Shown piece by piece: positions 17,160 through 26,795 of a DNA stretch of 33,781 bases. The translations under genes and the position numbers were made by a program. The stretch comes from a virus (lineage: Duplodnaviria; Caudoviricetes). The stretch is taken from the IMG/VR virus record IMGVR_UViG_3300016464_000080, positions 1 to 33,781 of that record; one strand, given 5' to 3'. Below the pieces are notes generated by a model, which was not told the DNA's origin, made no database searches, and saw only the letters and a list, made by a program, of their open reading frames with translations. The number at the start of each line of letters is the position of its first letter. Position 1 is the first letter of the stretch.

Positions 17160-18101
17160 TTAGGCAACAGCCAAATCAGCAGCGATACCGTGGGCAGCCT
17201 CGTTACGAACTTCCAAGGTCAACTCAGCCAGAATCTGAGTCTTCTCGCTATCGCCAGTCTTAGCCAGTTCGTTCGTGGCGAACGGGCGCAGATAGGCAAG
17301 AGCTGCGTACTCAGGATCGAGCACCAGAGCGTCACGGGTACGCATGAAACGGTTAGGCACGACAGAAACCGTACCGAAATCGCTCATGTACACATCAGCA
17401 GCGCCGATGATCGTGGTAGGCTCATTCGAGGGAGCCATGTAACGCTGTGCAGCGATACCAGCGAAAGCAGAAACGGCTTGTTTCTGATATGCGCCAACCA
17501 TCAAAACCTTGGGGTTGCCACCAGAGGAATAAACCTGCTGGATAACATCCTTCAGGATGGTTTCGGTAAAGCTACGTGCGGTTCCGTCAGTACGGGTAGA
17601 CACACCGATGGTCGTCGGGTCAGCGCCGGAAGTACCAACGGACGAGTTCGTGGTAATCCAAGACAGCAGAGCACCCATCTTACGAGCGGTAGACGAGTTA
17701 CCAGCAGAACGACCTTGGTTAGCCGAAATGATGGTTTCAATGTCGCGCTTGATTTCAGCCGAGGCTTTAGCCAGTTGGTAAGCCTTTTCAGACTTGCGAC
17801 CAGCTTTGTCCACTGCATCCAAAGTGCCAGAGATTTTGATGGTCTTCTGAACGATCTGGGTGTAGTTGCCCAGACGGGTCGTGGGACTCATCGTGGCATC
17901 GGTTGCGTCATCACCTTCCACAGCGGCGTTGTTGGTCGTGGCAGCAGCCAGCGAGTCAGTTTGCCACTCATGGTAGACAGCAGTGGCTTTCGCCTTGCCG
18001 ACAGACGACATAATGGGGGTGTCGGTGGGGGAGATGTTATAAATAACATCACTCAGGTCTTCACGCTGACCAATAGCGGTGTAGGTTTGGTAGGTTGCCA
18101 T
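17160..18101 (-). CDS. Major capsid protein (DUF5309/SU10-like)
   Basis: GQREDLSDVIYNISPTDTP, HEWQTDSL, NYTQI, KRDIE, LAKTGDSEK; strong codon bias; follows the scaffold gene. Confidence 0.93.
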   Translation of the reverse strand: MATYQTYTAIGQREDLSDVIYNISPTDTPIMSSVGKAKATAVYHEWQTDSLAAATTNNAAVEGDDATDATMSPTTRLGNYTQIVQKTIKISGTLDAVDKAGRKSEKAYQLAKASAEIKRDIETIISANQGRSAGNSSTARKMGALLSWITTNSSVGTSGADPTTIGVSTRTDGTARSFTETILKDVIQQVYSSGGNPKVLMVGAYQKQAVSAFAGIAAQRYMAPSNEPTTIIGAADVYMSDFGTVSVVPNRFMRTRDALVLDPEYAALAYLRPFATNELAKTGDSEKTQILAELTLEVRNEAAHGIAADLAVA

Positions 18102-18109
18102 TTTGTTTC

Positions 18110-19054
18110 CTAAATGAAGCGTTCAAATGCGTTTGCAGCATCACGCACATTACCTGTACGTTTCAACTGCGCCATAGCTTTTTTACGCTGCTCAGAATCC
18201 ACATCTCGAGACTGAGAAACACCTGACTTCATGGTTTTCGGAGCTTCAGTCACTTTCTTAGTGACATTGGGCTTCGTCTTCTGAAGTGAAGCGTACTTCA
18301 TTCCCTGATACAAACTGAGCACAGCGCGAGAGTCATATATATTGGCTAGCTCTTGATCTGTCCATCCAATCGACTTAGCGTATTCGCGGATGTCTCTGCG
18401 AATTTGATCGCCTTGTTTCGGGTCTGCGTAGCCAGGAATTGCGTTAGAAAGTTTTGCGCTTTCCTCTGCAATATGCGATTTCAAGCGTTCTGCGTGTTCC
18501 GATTGTTGCTGTTGGGCAATTCGGTCCTGCTCTGCTTTTAAAACCGCCATTTGTTCCTTGCGTTGTTGCAACTCAGCAACCTTGACAGCATAACCAATGG
18601 GGTCAGACTCTTTAAGAGCTTCCAAGTTTTCACCTTTAGTCTGTTGTTGGAGGAATTGCTCCATCATTTGCAGACGTTGGGCGTATTGATCTCGGAGTCG
18701 GTTTGCTTCCTGAATCTTCGCACGTTCGGCTTCCACCTCTTTGCGTTGTTCGGAAAGCGTTTGGGTTTTTTTGGTGTAGTCTGCACCAAGTTGATAGCCC
18801 TCAATAAGCTGTTCCAGAGTTACTTCGCGTTCTTCACCAGCCGCTTTGACTTTGTAAGTGCTAGGTTTCTCTGTCTCAACTTCTTCATGCTCTACCAACT
18901 CAGTTTCAACAGCCTCGCCCGTTTCTTCGTTAATTTCTTCAGCTTCAGATTCACCCTGTTGGGCTTCTTCACCTGCGTCCATCAAACCAAGAAAAGCGTT
19001 TGCGGCTCCGTCCACCGTCAGCACACTTCCTTGCGGAGTCGTGTTATCGCTCAT
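18110..19054 (-). CDS. Scaffolding protein
   Basis: Acidic N-terminus, YKVKAAGEEREVTLEQL...ADYTKKTQ, coiled coil, LKRTGNVRDAA end. Confidence 0.88.
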   Translation of the reverse strand: MSDNTTPQGSVLTVDGAANAFLGLMDAGEEAQQGESEAEEINEETGEAVETELVEHEEVETEKPSTYKVKAAGEEREVTLEQLIEGYQLGADYTKKTQTLSEQRKEVEAERAKIQEANRLRDQYAQRLQMMEQFLQQQTKGENLEALKESDPIGYAVKVAELQQRKEQMAVLKAEQDRIAQQQQSEHAERLKSHIAEESAKLSNAIPGYADPKQGDQIRRDIREYAKSIGWTDQELANIYDSRAVLSLYQGMKYASLQKTKPNVTKKVTEAPKTMKSGVSQSRDVDSEQRKKAMAQLKRTGNVRDAANAFERFI

Positions 19055-19097
19055 TTCATTCCCAAATTGTCAGCATAAACGGTATGCCACCGCCTCG

Positions 19098-19328
19098 TTA
19101 GAGGATTTTCCATTTCTTTTGTTCGATTAACTTTGTGTTAGCAATCGACTCAAAATGTGTTAAGACTGATTGTATTGCATTTATTCTCGAATATGCAATC
19201 TCTCGTTTATCCACTTCTTCAGGTGCAGAATTGAGAATGACGTTTATCTCAATCTGCTTTATATTAGCGAGTTCTTCTTTAAAAAAATCATCGTTAATCA
19301 GGTTTTTAGCTAATTGTGGACGGTCCAA
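19098..19328 (-). CDS. Small hypothetical protein upstream of scaffold
   Basis: GGAGG RBS upstream of the GTG; helical 76 aa. Confidence 0.75.
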   Translation of the reverse strand: MDRPQLAKNLINDDFFKEELANIKQIEINVILNSAPEEVDKREIAYSRINAIQSVLTHFESIANTKLIEQKKWKIL

Positions 19329-21816
19329 GGATTCCTCCTACTGCATTTGTGATCTGGTTTGGCATTGTGCTTGGTGTTAACTGTGAAGACATTATCTGAT
19401 TAACAATGTCACTAATGTTAACAGGAGTTCCCTGGTATGCGCCACCATAAACCCTTGGAGTAGCCCATTGGGTATTTTGCAGTCTGTTTAGATTGTCAAA
19501 TATCGTGGTCAAGTCAACAGGCGTGAATTGCTGGTTATAGACAGGAGACTTCCAATCTGTTGGAACGGGAACAATGTCAAATCCTGTCCTTACAGGAGTC
19601 TGAGTGACATTGTTAACAAGTGCATCACCAGCACCAACAACAGCAGCAACTTTAGCAATATCTGATAGCGTGTTTAGAACGTCATCAACAGTTGTGTCTG
19701 TTTTGGTATCGGTTTTAGTATCTGTTTTAGTATCGGTCAAGACATTTGTAATGTCTGCAAGAGTATTGCCTGCGGTAGCGTCAGCAGCTAAGTCTTGTCC
19801 CGTGATAGCACTACCCTCGCCAGCCAAAGCGATAGCAATATCATCAAGAGTGTTAGCAGTTCCTGTCTTTAGATCGGATGCTAAGTCTTGACCGCTAATC
19901 AGTGAACCCTCACCAGCTAATGCAGTGCTTATGTCTGTAAGTGTGTTTGCGCCAGTTCCAGTGTCTGCGGATAAGTCTTGACCAGAGGTTATCGTGTCTT
20001 GATTTAGAACATTGATAACGTCTTGCAGGGTGTTACCTGTCACGGTGTCAGCCGCTAAATCTTGACCAGAGAGAAGCGTATCCTGACCACCAGTTGTTGT
20101 ATCTTGTGCAACAACGCTTTGAATGGTGTCTTGCGTTAGATTATTGATAACGTCTTGCAGGGTATTACCAACGATGGAGTCTGCTGCTAAGTCCTGTCCA
20201 GACACTAACGCATCTTGAGCAACAACACTAGGGACAGTATCTTGCACTAACTGCTGAATAACATCATCAATAGTGTTACCTGTTACGGTGTCAGCCGCTA
20301 AATCTTGACCTGACAAAAGTGTGTCATTAAGAGTATTGTTCACCAACGTAGTCGCTACATCGGTGATTGTGTTTCCAGACGTCAAGTCAGCAGCCAAGTC
20401 TTGACCAGTAACACCATTGGCAATCAAGTCGTTTACCAAAGTGGTGACTACATCAGTCACAGCGTTGCCAACAACAGAATCGGCAGCTAAATCCTGACCT
20501 GTGAGGTTGTTAGTAACGTCATTGGCAATCACCGTAATAACGTCTTGAATCGTGTTACCAGCAGTGTTATCAGCGGCTAAGTCTTGTCCTGATAACTGAG
20601 TGGCAGGCGTATCCAATGCCTGATTAACTTCAGCCTCAAACTGGTTAGTTGGTCTTAGATTAGTCAATGCACCAGTGAGTGCAGTTTCTAAGTTCTGACC
20701 AGACAATAGACCACCAACAGTTCCAGCCGCTAACTGTCCGGCAGCTTGAGAACCAACAGACTCAGCAACATTCTGAGATAGTCCTGATTGACTTAGACCC
20801 TCAGAGATTGCGATTGTTTTTGCTATGTCGGCAGGGTTTGCACCCTCGTCAATCGCAGCAGCAACGCTCAAAGCAGTGCCAAGCCCAGGCATGATGCCAT
20901 TGCCAATAATGGTAGCGATTGGTCCAAGTTCTTTGATAATGTCACCAAATGAACCAATGACACTACCCAACAAACCACCGCTCTGTCCTGGCGTGTATTG
21001 AATTTGTCTAGTGTAGTCTGCAACAGGCTTATATTGACCAGTCTTAGGGTCTGCTTGTATAACCCCGCTAATCATTCCACCAGCAACTTGGTTAGGCGTA
21101 GAGAATTGGTAAACACCTTCTTGGCTTGTAGGATTCAAATATAAAGTGTCAAAGCCAGGGCGCTCTCCGGTTGTTATAGCCAACTGCTTTATGGGAGTAC
21201 CCCACTCGTCTGCCCCTATTTCAACCGATTTTAATTGAGCTGTCCCGTTTTCCATTCCAGTCATCACACGACTGAATGCTTCGGATTCATTGCTCCAGTA
21301 ATTTCGTTGCGCCAAACTTGCTAGTTGTTGAGCATTGAGATTCGGATTGTTTGCTACCAAATCAGCACTTACCAAGCCATTTAACTTTTGTGCATCAGAC
21401 AGCAACGCTTGACGGCGCTCAGTTTCTTTTTGTTCGGCAGCAATACGTTCTTCGTTTGCTTTTGCTTCTGCTGCGTAATCTTCTGCTGTTTTCTTTGATG
21501 GAGAAGCAAAAAAATCACTTTTGAAAAAGAAACCTGGGTCTACTCCCGTATACGCTTTATTTAATCCAGTTGCATCAGCATCAGTAACTTTTCCATCACC
21601 ATTTACATCATATTTTGCATTGAATGGCAATTTGTTATTACTGATTTTTATTGCAGTCAGTACATCATCAAGTGTAGGTTTTACAGGATTTATGACAGTT
21701 GAAACAACATTACCACCAGCGTCTATTGCTTGATCTGAAAACTGAGCTTGAGACACGACAGGAGTGATAGTTGGACTTGCTCCAAATGTGTATGGTTTGC
21801 TTTTTCCAAATGCCAT
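19306..21816 (-). CDS. 836-aa repeat protein with N-terminal dockerin/EF-hand-like motif
   Basis: YDVNGDGKVTDADA; nine GQDL(A/S)(A/S)D..GN repeats; AAGGA RBS. Confidence 0.85.
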   Translation of the reverse strand: MAFGKSKPYTFGASPTITPVVSQAQFSDQAIDAGGNVVSTVINPVKPTLDDVLTAIKISNNKLPFNAKYDVNGDGKVTDADATGLNKAYTGVDPGFFFKSDFFASPSKKTAEDYAAEAKANEERIAAEQKETERRQALLSDAQKLNGLVSADLVANNPNLNAQQLASLAQRNYWSNESEAFSRVMTGMENGTAQLKSVEIGADEWGTPIKQLAITTGERPGFDTLYLNPTSQEGVYQFSTPNQVAGGMISGVIQADPKTGQYKPVADYTRQIQYTPGQSGGLLGSVIGSFGDIIKELGPIATIIGNGIMPGLGTALSVAAAIDEGANPADIAKTIAISEGLSQSGLSQNVAESVGSQAAGQLAAGTVGGLLSGQNLETALTGALTNLRPTNQFEAEVNQALDTPATQLSGQDLAADNTAGNTIQDVITVIANDVTNNLTGQDLAADSVVGNAVTDVVTTLVNDLIANGVTGQDLAADLTSGNTITDVATTLVNNTLNDTLLSGQDLAADTVTGNTIDDVIQQLVQDTVPSVVAQDALVSGQDLAADSIVGNTLQDVINNLTQDTIQSVVAQDTTTGGQDTLLSGQDLAADTVTGNTLQDVINVLNQDTITSGQDLSADTGTGANTLTDISTALAGEGSLISGQDLASDLKTGTANTLDDIAIALAGEGSAITGQDLAADATAGNTLADITNVLTDTKTDTKTDTKTDTTVDDVLNTLSDIAKVAAVVGAGDALVNNVTQTPVRTGFDIVPVPTDWKSPVYNQQFTPVDLTTIFDNLNRLQNTQWATPRVYGGAYQGTPVNISDIVNQIMSSQLTPSTMPNQITNAVGGILGPSTIS
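19690..20600 (-). repeat. Intragenic repeats: 9 x GQDL(A/S)(A/S)D..GN unit plus TDTK x3
   Basis: Read from the translation; DNA motif GC(T/C)AA(G/A)TC(T/C)TG recurs at roughly 80-130 nt spacing. Confidence 0.9.
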
Positions 21817-21843
21817 ATTCAGTCCTTAGAGTGCAGACAATAA

Positions 21844-23877
21844 TTAGCCTGGAATTTCAATGTTAGATGTGATGCCTGCGCCGACTTTCATTGCTTTAAG
21901 TTGCGCCTCTGCCTCAAATTCCTGACGTTTCATCTCCATCTCAGCCATGAATTTCTGCTGTTGCAACTGAAGGTCAGCCGCAGCTTTTTCCCGTGCCAGT
22001 TGAATATCAGCCTGCGCTTTAGCCTGCTGAACCTGAATATCGGCTTGTGATTTAGCCATCAAAGCCTGCACAGCCGGATCAGGTTGAGGTTGTTGAGGTT
22101 GCGCCAACTGTTGCTCAACTTCAGGTGTAATCGGCTTATAGAACTCCGCAGAATCCTTAAATCCAGCAGCCTCCACCATCCGACCTAAAGTGTTGCGGTA
22201 TTGACCCAAACTCACCAGAGGATTGTTTAGACCATACTGGGCAAGCATTTGCTCTTGTTTGCCAAGAACCATCGCCAACATAGCCATTTGCTCTTGACGA
22301 TTACCAGCACCCAATCCTACGTTAATGTCTACATCGTACTGGTTCGACCATTCTCTCGGGTCAAAGGATACGTAGTTCCCACGCAAACGAATCATGCGCG
22401 GTTTATCTTGGTACTTACATAGTAGATGCAGGATTCCCTTGAAAAGCGATTTAACGCCCGTTTCAGCAAAGATTCGGGCAATCATCTCGATCTTGCCTGC
22501 GCTGGCTTGTTGCATTGAGGCAACCGCAGCAGCAGTGACGTTCTGGAGAATACTGGGATCAAGACCCTGGGAGGCGTCAGTCACTCCGGTGCGCTTTTGT
22601 TGAACTTGATCTAGGTAGGTAAGCATCGGGAAAGCCTGACCTGCCATTGACTGAACATTCAACTGTTGGACAGCACCTTGAGACTTAACCCGAATCACAC
22701 CACCCGCAGTAGACGTCAATAGATCATCTAAATTGACCTGACCATCAACCGCAGTGACGCGAGTTGAGTTAGTCAGATACAGGTTATCCAGAATCTGACG
22801 GGTGATCGTGGTCTTGATTAGCTGAATGTCCACGGTCCTGTCGGCAAGCGAATTGCCAAAGAACTTGTGCGGAATGGGAATGGGACACAGAGAATGGAAA
22901 GGAATGTAATCGACTTCTTCCTCGCTCAGAATCTCACTGCCTGCATAGAAGACTTGGAGAAGTTGAGCTATACCTCGTTTTGTTCCCTTTCGGATATAGC
23001 ACTCAAAAACCTCAACAGTCTGCATCCATGTATCCAAAGATGCCATGTCGTCAGGGATTTCACCGTTGTCGAATCGAGCCAATCGTTCAGGCGTGTAGGT
23101 CAATGAATCCGATGCAGGCAGGCTCTCTACGATCTTCTTAGAGAACCCCATTGCCACCAAATCGGAGCGAGTCATCAATCTCCTGTGAGCCACAAAAGGT
23201 GAGTCTGAGATATTCTTGGCTCGTTTAGAGATTAGGAATTCTTCAGGAGGGATATTCTCAATAACAACCTTACCGACCTTTTGTTTCTTTTGGACGGTCA
23301 CAGAATAAATCGAATAGGTTGCAGGCATCCCATCAGGTCCGACAGGTTGCATACCCATTTGATCTACGATAGGGAAGGTCTGCGTGTCTTGTTCGACAAT
23401 CTCCATTGATTCATCAGCCATCAGCATGGCTAACTCATCTTCGGTCAGATTTTGATATTTCTCTTTAGTGATGTCGGTGGATTCGTCCCAATAGGCTTTA
23501 ACCACTCCTACCTTTTGAAGTAGAGCGTCTTTAAACCAATCGTGCAGAATCAGAGTACCGTCATTGTCTCGCTGAAGAACCCAGTTACAGTAATCAGTGG
23601 CTTGTTTGGCAGCGGCTTCGTCTTGAGGACCACGGGGATCAAACCTGACCACTTCGTCCGATGCGGTAAAGATACGAACCAGAGAAGGCAAAGCCCCATC
23701 AATAGCTTCTGCGACCTCTCCGGTGACGATCTGACTCTTACCCTCAACCTCGTTGCCGTAAGGTTGACGGAGGTAAGCCCTTAGTGCTTCCTCACGCTGA
23801 ATCGTTGTTTCGGTTTCTAAAAATCCGAGTGCGTTGTCAATCTCGGATTCAATGATCGCTTTCAGTTCTTGGCTCAT
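21844..23877 (-). CDS. Portal protein
   Basis: PYGNEVEGKSQIV, WFKDALLQKVGVVK, IPPEEFLIS, Q-rich C-terminal barrel; follows TerL. Confidence 0.95.
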   Translation of the reverse strand: MSQELKAIIESEIDNALGFLETETTIQREEALRAYLRQPYGNEVEGKSQIVTGEVAEAIDGALPSLVRIFTASDEVVRFDPRGPQDEAAAKQATDYCNWVLQRDNDGTLILHDWFKDALLQKVGVVKAYWDESTDITKEKYQNLTEDELAMLMADESMEIVEQDTQTFPIVDQMGMQPVGPDGMPATYSIYSVTVQKKQKVGKVVIENIPPEEFLISKRAKNISDSPFVAHRRLMTRSDLVAMGFSKKIVESLPASDSLTYTPERLARFDNGEIPDDMASLDTWMQTVEVFECYIRKGTKRGIAQLLQVFYAGSEILSEEEVDYIPFHSLCPIPIPHKFFGNSLADRTVDIQLIKTTITRQILDNLYLTNSTRVTAVDGQVNLDDLLTSTAGGVIRVKSQGAVQQLNVQSMAGQAFPMLTYLDQVQQKRTGVTDASQGLDPSILQNVTAAAVASMQQASAGKIEMIARIFAETGVKSLFKGILHLLCKYQDKPRMIRLRGNYVSFDPREWSNQYDVDINVGLGAGNRQEQMAMLAMVLGKQEQMLAQYGLNNPLVSLGQYRNTLGRMVEAAGFKDSAEFYKPITPEVEQQLAQPQQPQPDPAVQALMAKSQADIQVQQAKAQADIQLAREKAAADLQLQQQKFMAEMEMKRQEFEAEAQLKAMKVGAGITSNIEIPG

Positions 23878-24016
23878 TTGTGCCTTTCGGGGGTCTACCC
23901 AGCTTGGGTTTCTCCGATTGTAATGCTTTAACTAGATTTTCTAGTATTTCAATGCGTTGCTCAAGAGCGTCAACTCGCTTTGAGGGAACCATGTCACCTT
24001 GTTTTAGTAAATACAT
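23849..24016 (-). CDS. Small coiled-coil protein with AT-hook-like KLGRPPK (55 aa)
   Basis: Not in the ORF track; TGATG coupling to the TerL stop; MYLLKQGD...RVDALEQRIEILENLV...KPKLGRPPKG. Confidence 0.75.
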   Translation of the reverse strand: MYLLKQGDMVPSKRVDALEQRIEILENLVKALQSEKPKLGRPPKGTNEPRTESDH

Positions 24017-25263
24017 CAGACGATCCATTTCGGTAGTTTGTTAATAGAAGAACCCCACTTTGGACTCTCATCCAGTCCAACAGCAAGATAGCGGAAAGCA
24101 TCGGCAGCGTGTGAGTGCTGGTCGTGTAAAGGTTTGTTAGAGAACATCTTGGTATTCGGGTCAACGTCATACCGATAATGTCTTAAATTCTGAAGACCAT
24201 CAGCACAGCGGTTAACATCGAATAATACCCTGTTAAGCAACATCCTGGCAGCGTTAATCCCATCTGCCACAGACAATTTAGGCGTGATGCGGATAGGTTT
24301 ACCCATCGACTCTAGTATGTCCTTAACACTCTTGCCTGTCATGTTTTTGTGTTCGGCATCGTGAGGTAGCCACCAGTCTTTATAGATATATCCCTTGTCC
24401 TGAAGCACTTGAGCATAGTGGTCAATCGGTTTTTGGCAGTTTTGATAGAAATCTATAACCCTGACCTCACCACCTGCGATAACCTGCACAAACCAGATAG
24501 ACGTCATGTCTGCCCATCCCAAGTCCCAGAATGTTTGAACGGGGATGGTTTTGTCTATCGGCAATTCAATGATTCTGTTTTCCTCTTGGGCTTGTCTTAA
24601 CTCATTGGCATAAACAGCACCGTCCAGCATTTGACGGGTATGACCCTCCCAGACGTTAAGGTAGGCGTCAGGGTCTTTTTCTTTTAAGTGGGTTAATTCT
24701 TCTTTGAGAACTTGCGGAAACCACGGATTGTCCGACCAGTTAACTTTCCTGACAACTGCGTTCGGAGGAGGATTAACCACAAATCTTTGATAAGTCTCAT
24801 CAGTATCTAAATCAGGGTTGAAGGTAGCCCATATCTCACTATTAGGCTTACGGATAGTCGGTATCAATGTCTCCCAGGATACCTTAGAGATTGCTTGTGC
24901 TTCCTCACACCAACAAATATCTACCCCTTCATAGGACTTTATCGAGGTGACGTTATGCTTCAATCCAACGAAAGAGAACTCACTTCCATTCATCCCGTAG
25001 ATAGCGGTTCTCTGTACGTCAAAGAGAGACTCAAGACCCATTGCCTTGATCTGGTCTGCCAAGAGAGCTAAGACCGAATCAGAGATTGAGTTCTGAAGTT
25101 CACGCGCACACAGAATCCTAGTGGGCTTCTGAAGTGATATGGCAATCAAAGCCCTAGCAGCAGACCATGACTTACCAGACCCTCGTCCCCCATAGAGGAT
25201 TTTGAATCGGTGAGGCTCAAACAGGAAATCTAGCTTCTCAGGGAAGTCTAGTTCAAGATTCAT
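24016..25263 (-). CDS. terL: Terminase large subunit (PBSX-type)
   Basis: YGGRGSGKS Walker A, WCEEA Walker B, WATFNP, WDLG and HAADAFRY nuclease motifs. Confidence 0.97.
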   Translation of the reverse strand: MNLELDFPEKLDFLFEPHRFKILYGGRGSGKSWSAARALIAISLQKPTRILCARELQNSISDSVLALLADQIKAMGLESLFDVQRTAIYGMNGSEFSFVGLKHNVTSIKSYEGVDICWCEEAQAISKVSWETLIPTIRKPNSEIWATFNPDLDTDETYQRFVVNPPPNAVVRKVNWSDNPWFPQVLKEELTHLKEKDPDAYLNVWEGHTRQMLDGAVYANELRQAQEENRIIELPIDKTIPVQTFWDLGWADMTSIWFVQVIAGGEVRVIDFYQNCQKPIDHYAQVLQDKGYIYKDWWLPHDAEHKNMTGKSVKDILESMGKPIRITPKLSVADGINAARMLLNRVLFDVNRCADGLQNLRHYRYDVDPNTKMFSNKPLHDQHSHAADAFRYLAVGLDESPKWGSSINKLPKWIV

Positions 25264-25591
25264 TAGGGCGTTTCAGATTGATCTGAATACCAGAGATTTC
25301 AACTGGTCCACCATCCTGTCCCGTGACTTCAGTTCTATTCAACTTTGGAGTAGCGTATTCAGCCATTTGAGCGAGAAGTGTCAAAGCAGCTTTTGGGTCT
25401 GCTTTCAATTCTTTTTCTTCACATCCCTCTGCAACCTCTGTAAGCCATTTAGAGACGTTTTCGGAGTTATCCTCTAGTAGCCTAGTCACAGTCTCTCTAA
25501 ACGTCTTGGTAGCCTTATTGATGCTTCCTGGCGGTCTTCCTCGACCACGATTAGTTAAATTTGCAGAATTTCCTGCTTGTAATTTATTCAT
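25253..25591 (-). CDS. terS: Terminase small subunit
   Basis: GRPPGSINKAT, PKLNRTEVTGQDGGPV; directly upstream of TerL; ATG at 25591 with AAGGA RBS. Confidence 0.8.
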   Translation of the reverse strand: MNKLQAGNSANLTNRGRGRPPGSINKATKTFRETVTRLLEDNSENVSKWLTEVAEGCEEKELKADPKAALTLLAQMAEYATPKLNRTEVTGQDGGPVEISGIQINLKRPNES

Positions 25592-25634
25592 GTTAAGCAA
25601 TTCCTTTCGGCTTGTTGCTTTTGTTAAGATGGTA

Positions 25635-26774
25635 TTAGTCTAACAGACTTAAAGGTTGATTGTTTCTTTCTAGGATTCTTAACAGGTCTTCGTTACCTGG
25701 GAATACGACAAAGTTAGATGTTCCTTGTCCAGTTCCACGACTTCCTTGGTCTAAATAGCGAATTCCTGGAATTCCTGCATTTCTAAACATTTCTGCTTGT
25801 TTATCTGGAGGCATATCTCTGCGCCGAAGATAGTTGTAATACTCTCCGCCAGTCATTGATCCAAGACCCGATGCTTGCGGATTAGAAATTTCTTCACGCA
25901 ATATTTCAATCTGCCTTTTTAGTGTTGCAGCATTTGGCGAATTCTCATCCAGATTTTTTAATGTTTGTAATCTTTGATCTAAAACAGATTTGGTTCTTGC
26001 AGCCTCTTGCCTATTGATGAAGTCCATAATTAATGGCTGTTCACTCAAAGGCTTATCCCAATCCAGCATCTTTGCTATTTGCTCGTCTGGTAGGTCTATT
26101 TTGTAGAAAGTTCCTGTACCAGTGTAATCAACATCAGATTTTTTAGCTGCATCCAGTAGGCTGTTATAAGCACCAACTTTTTGCTTTGCATAGTCTTGAA
26201 ATGGATAAGACTGATCTTGTGACAGACTTTCCCATCTTGCTTTTTTGCTTTCAGCAAGATTAACAAACTCTTTTTTCCCTGCTTTTGCTGCGTCAAGCAA
26301 GGATGCGTCCATATCAACATTAAATGATGTTAATGGCTTCCCACCAACATCAACCATCTGCATTTTTGTATTTAGATCAGTTGCTTGAGCCTCTTTTGCT
26401 AATCTACGCTGATAATCTTTTGCCACTTCAGGCGATTCTGCAACGTAGTGACCATAACCATATGATTGAGCACCTTCACCACTTCCAATCTTGGTCGGGT
26501 CAAACTTCTGAAACTTAGCAGGACTTCCATGAAACACTGTCATTCCAACAGGAGCAAAACTAAGCAAACCCATTGCCATCTTTGACAATTCATTGAATGC
26601 TTGTGGATCAGTAACCTTTGCGGGGTTTGTTGGGTCAGCTAGTGCTCTTGATGCTAAACCTTGGAAGCGCTCATTTCCTTGCTGGATGTTCAATAGACCG
26701 CTTTGAATAGCCGAACCAATACCCTGCATTGCCTGAGTACGGCGCGGGTCTTGTAACCAGTCTAATAGTCCCAT
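25635..26774 (-). CDS. ADP-ribosyltransferase-like protein (ART-PolyVal-like)
   Basis: VFHGSPAKFQKFDPTKIGSGEGAQSYGYGHYVAE...GIPGIRYLD...NFVVF. Confidence 0.7.
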   Translation of the reverse strand: MGLLDWLQDPRRTQAMQGIGSAIQSGLLNIQQGNERFQGLASRALADPTNPAKVTDPQAFNELSKMAMGLLSFAPVGMTVFHGSPAKFQKFDPTKIGSGEGAQSYGYGHYVAESPEVAKDYQRRLAKEAQATDLNTKMQMVDVGGKPLTSFNVDMDASLLDAAKAGKKEFVNLAESKKARWESLSQDQSYPFQDYAKQKVGAYNSLLDAAKKSDVDYTGTGTFYKIDLPDEQIAKMLDWDKPLSEQPLIMDFINRQEAARTKSVLDQRLQTLKNLDENSPNAATLKRQIEILREEISNPQASGLGSMTGGEYYNYLRRRDMPPDKQAEMFRNAGIPGIRYLDQGSRGTGQGTSNFVVFPGNEDLLRILERNNQPLSLLD

Positions 26775-26795
26775 GACGTCACCACTTTGTTTTGT

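Noticed and set aside
17190-18113. 307-aa antisense ORF over the capsid gene
   Set aside because: Mirrors the capsid codons; explained by codon bias of a highly expressed gene; no RBS or motifs
18353-19130. Plus-strand ORFs over the scaffold gene, and similar short antisense ORFs across the late operon
   Set aside because: Shadow ORFs opposite well-supported genes, with low-complexity translations
19690-20600. Possible CRISPR-like array
   Set aside because: Repeats are in-frame, vary at third codon positions and have irregular spacing; no cas genes
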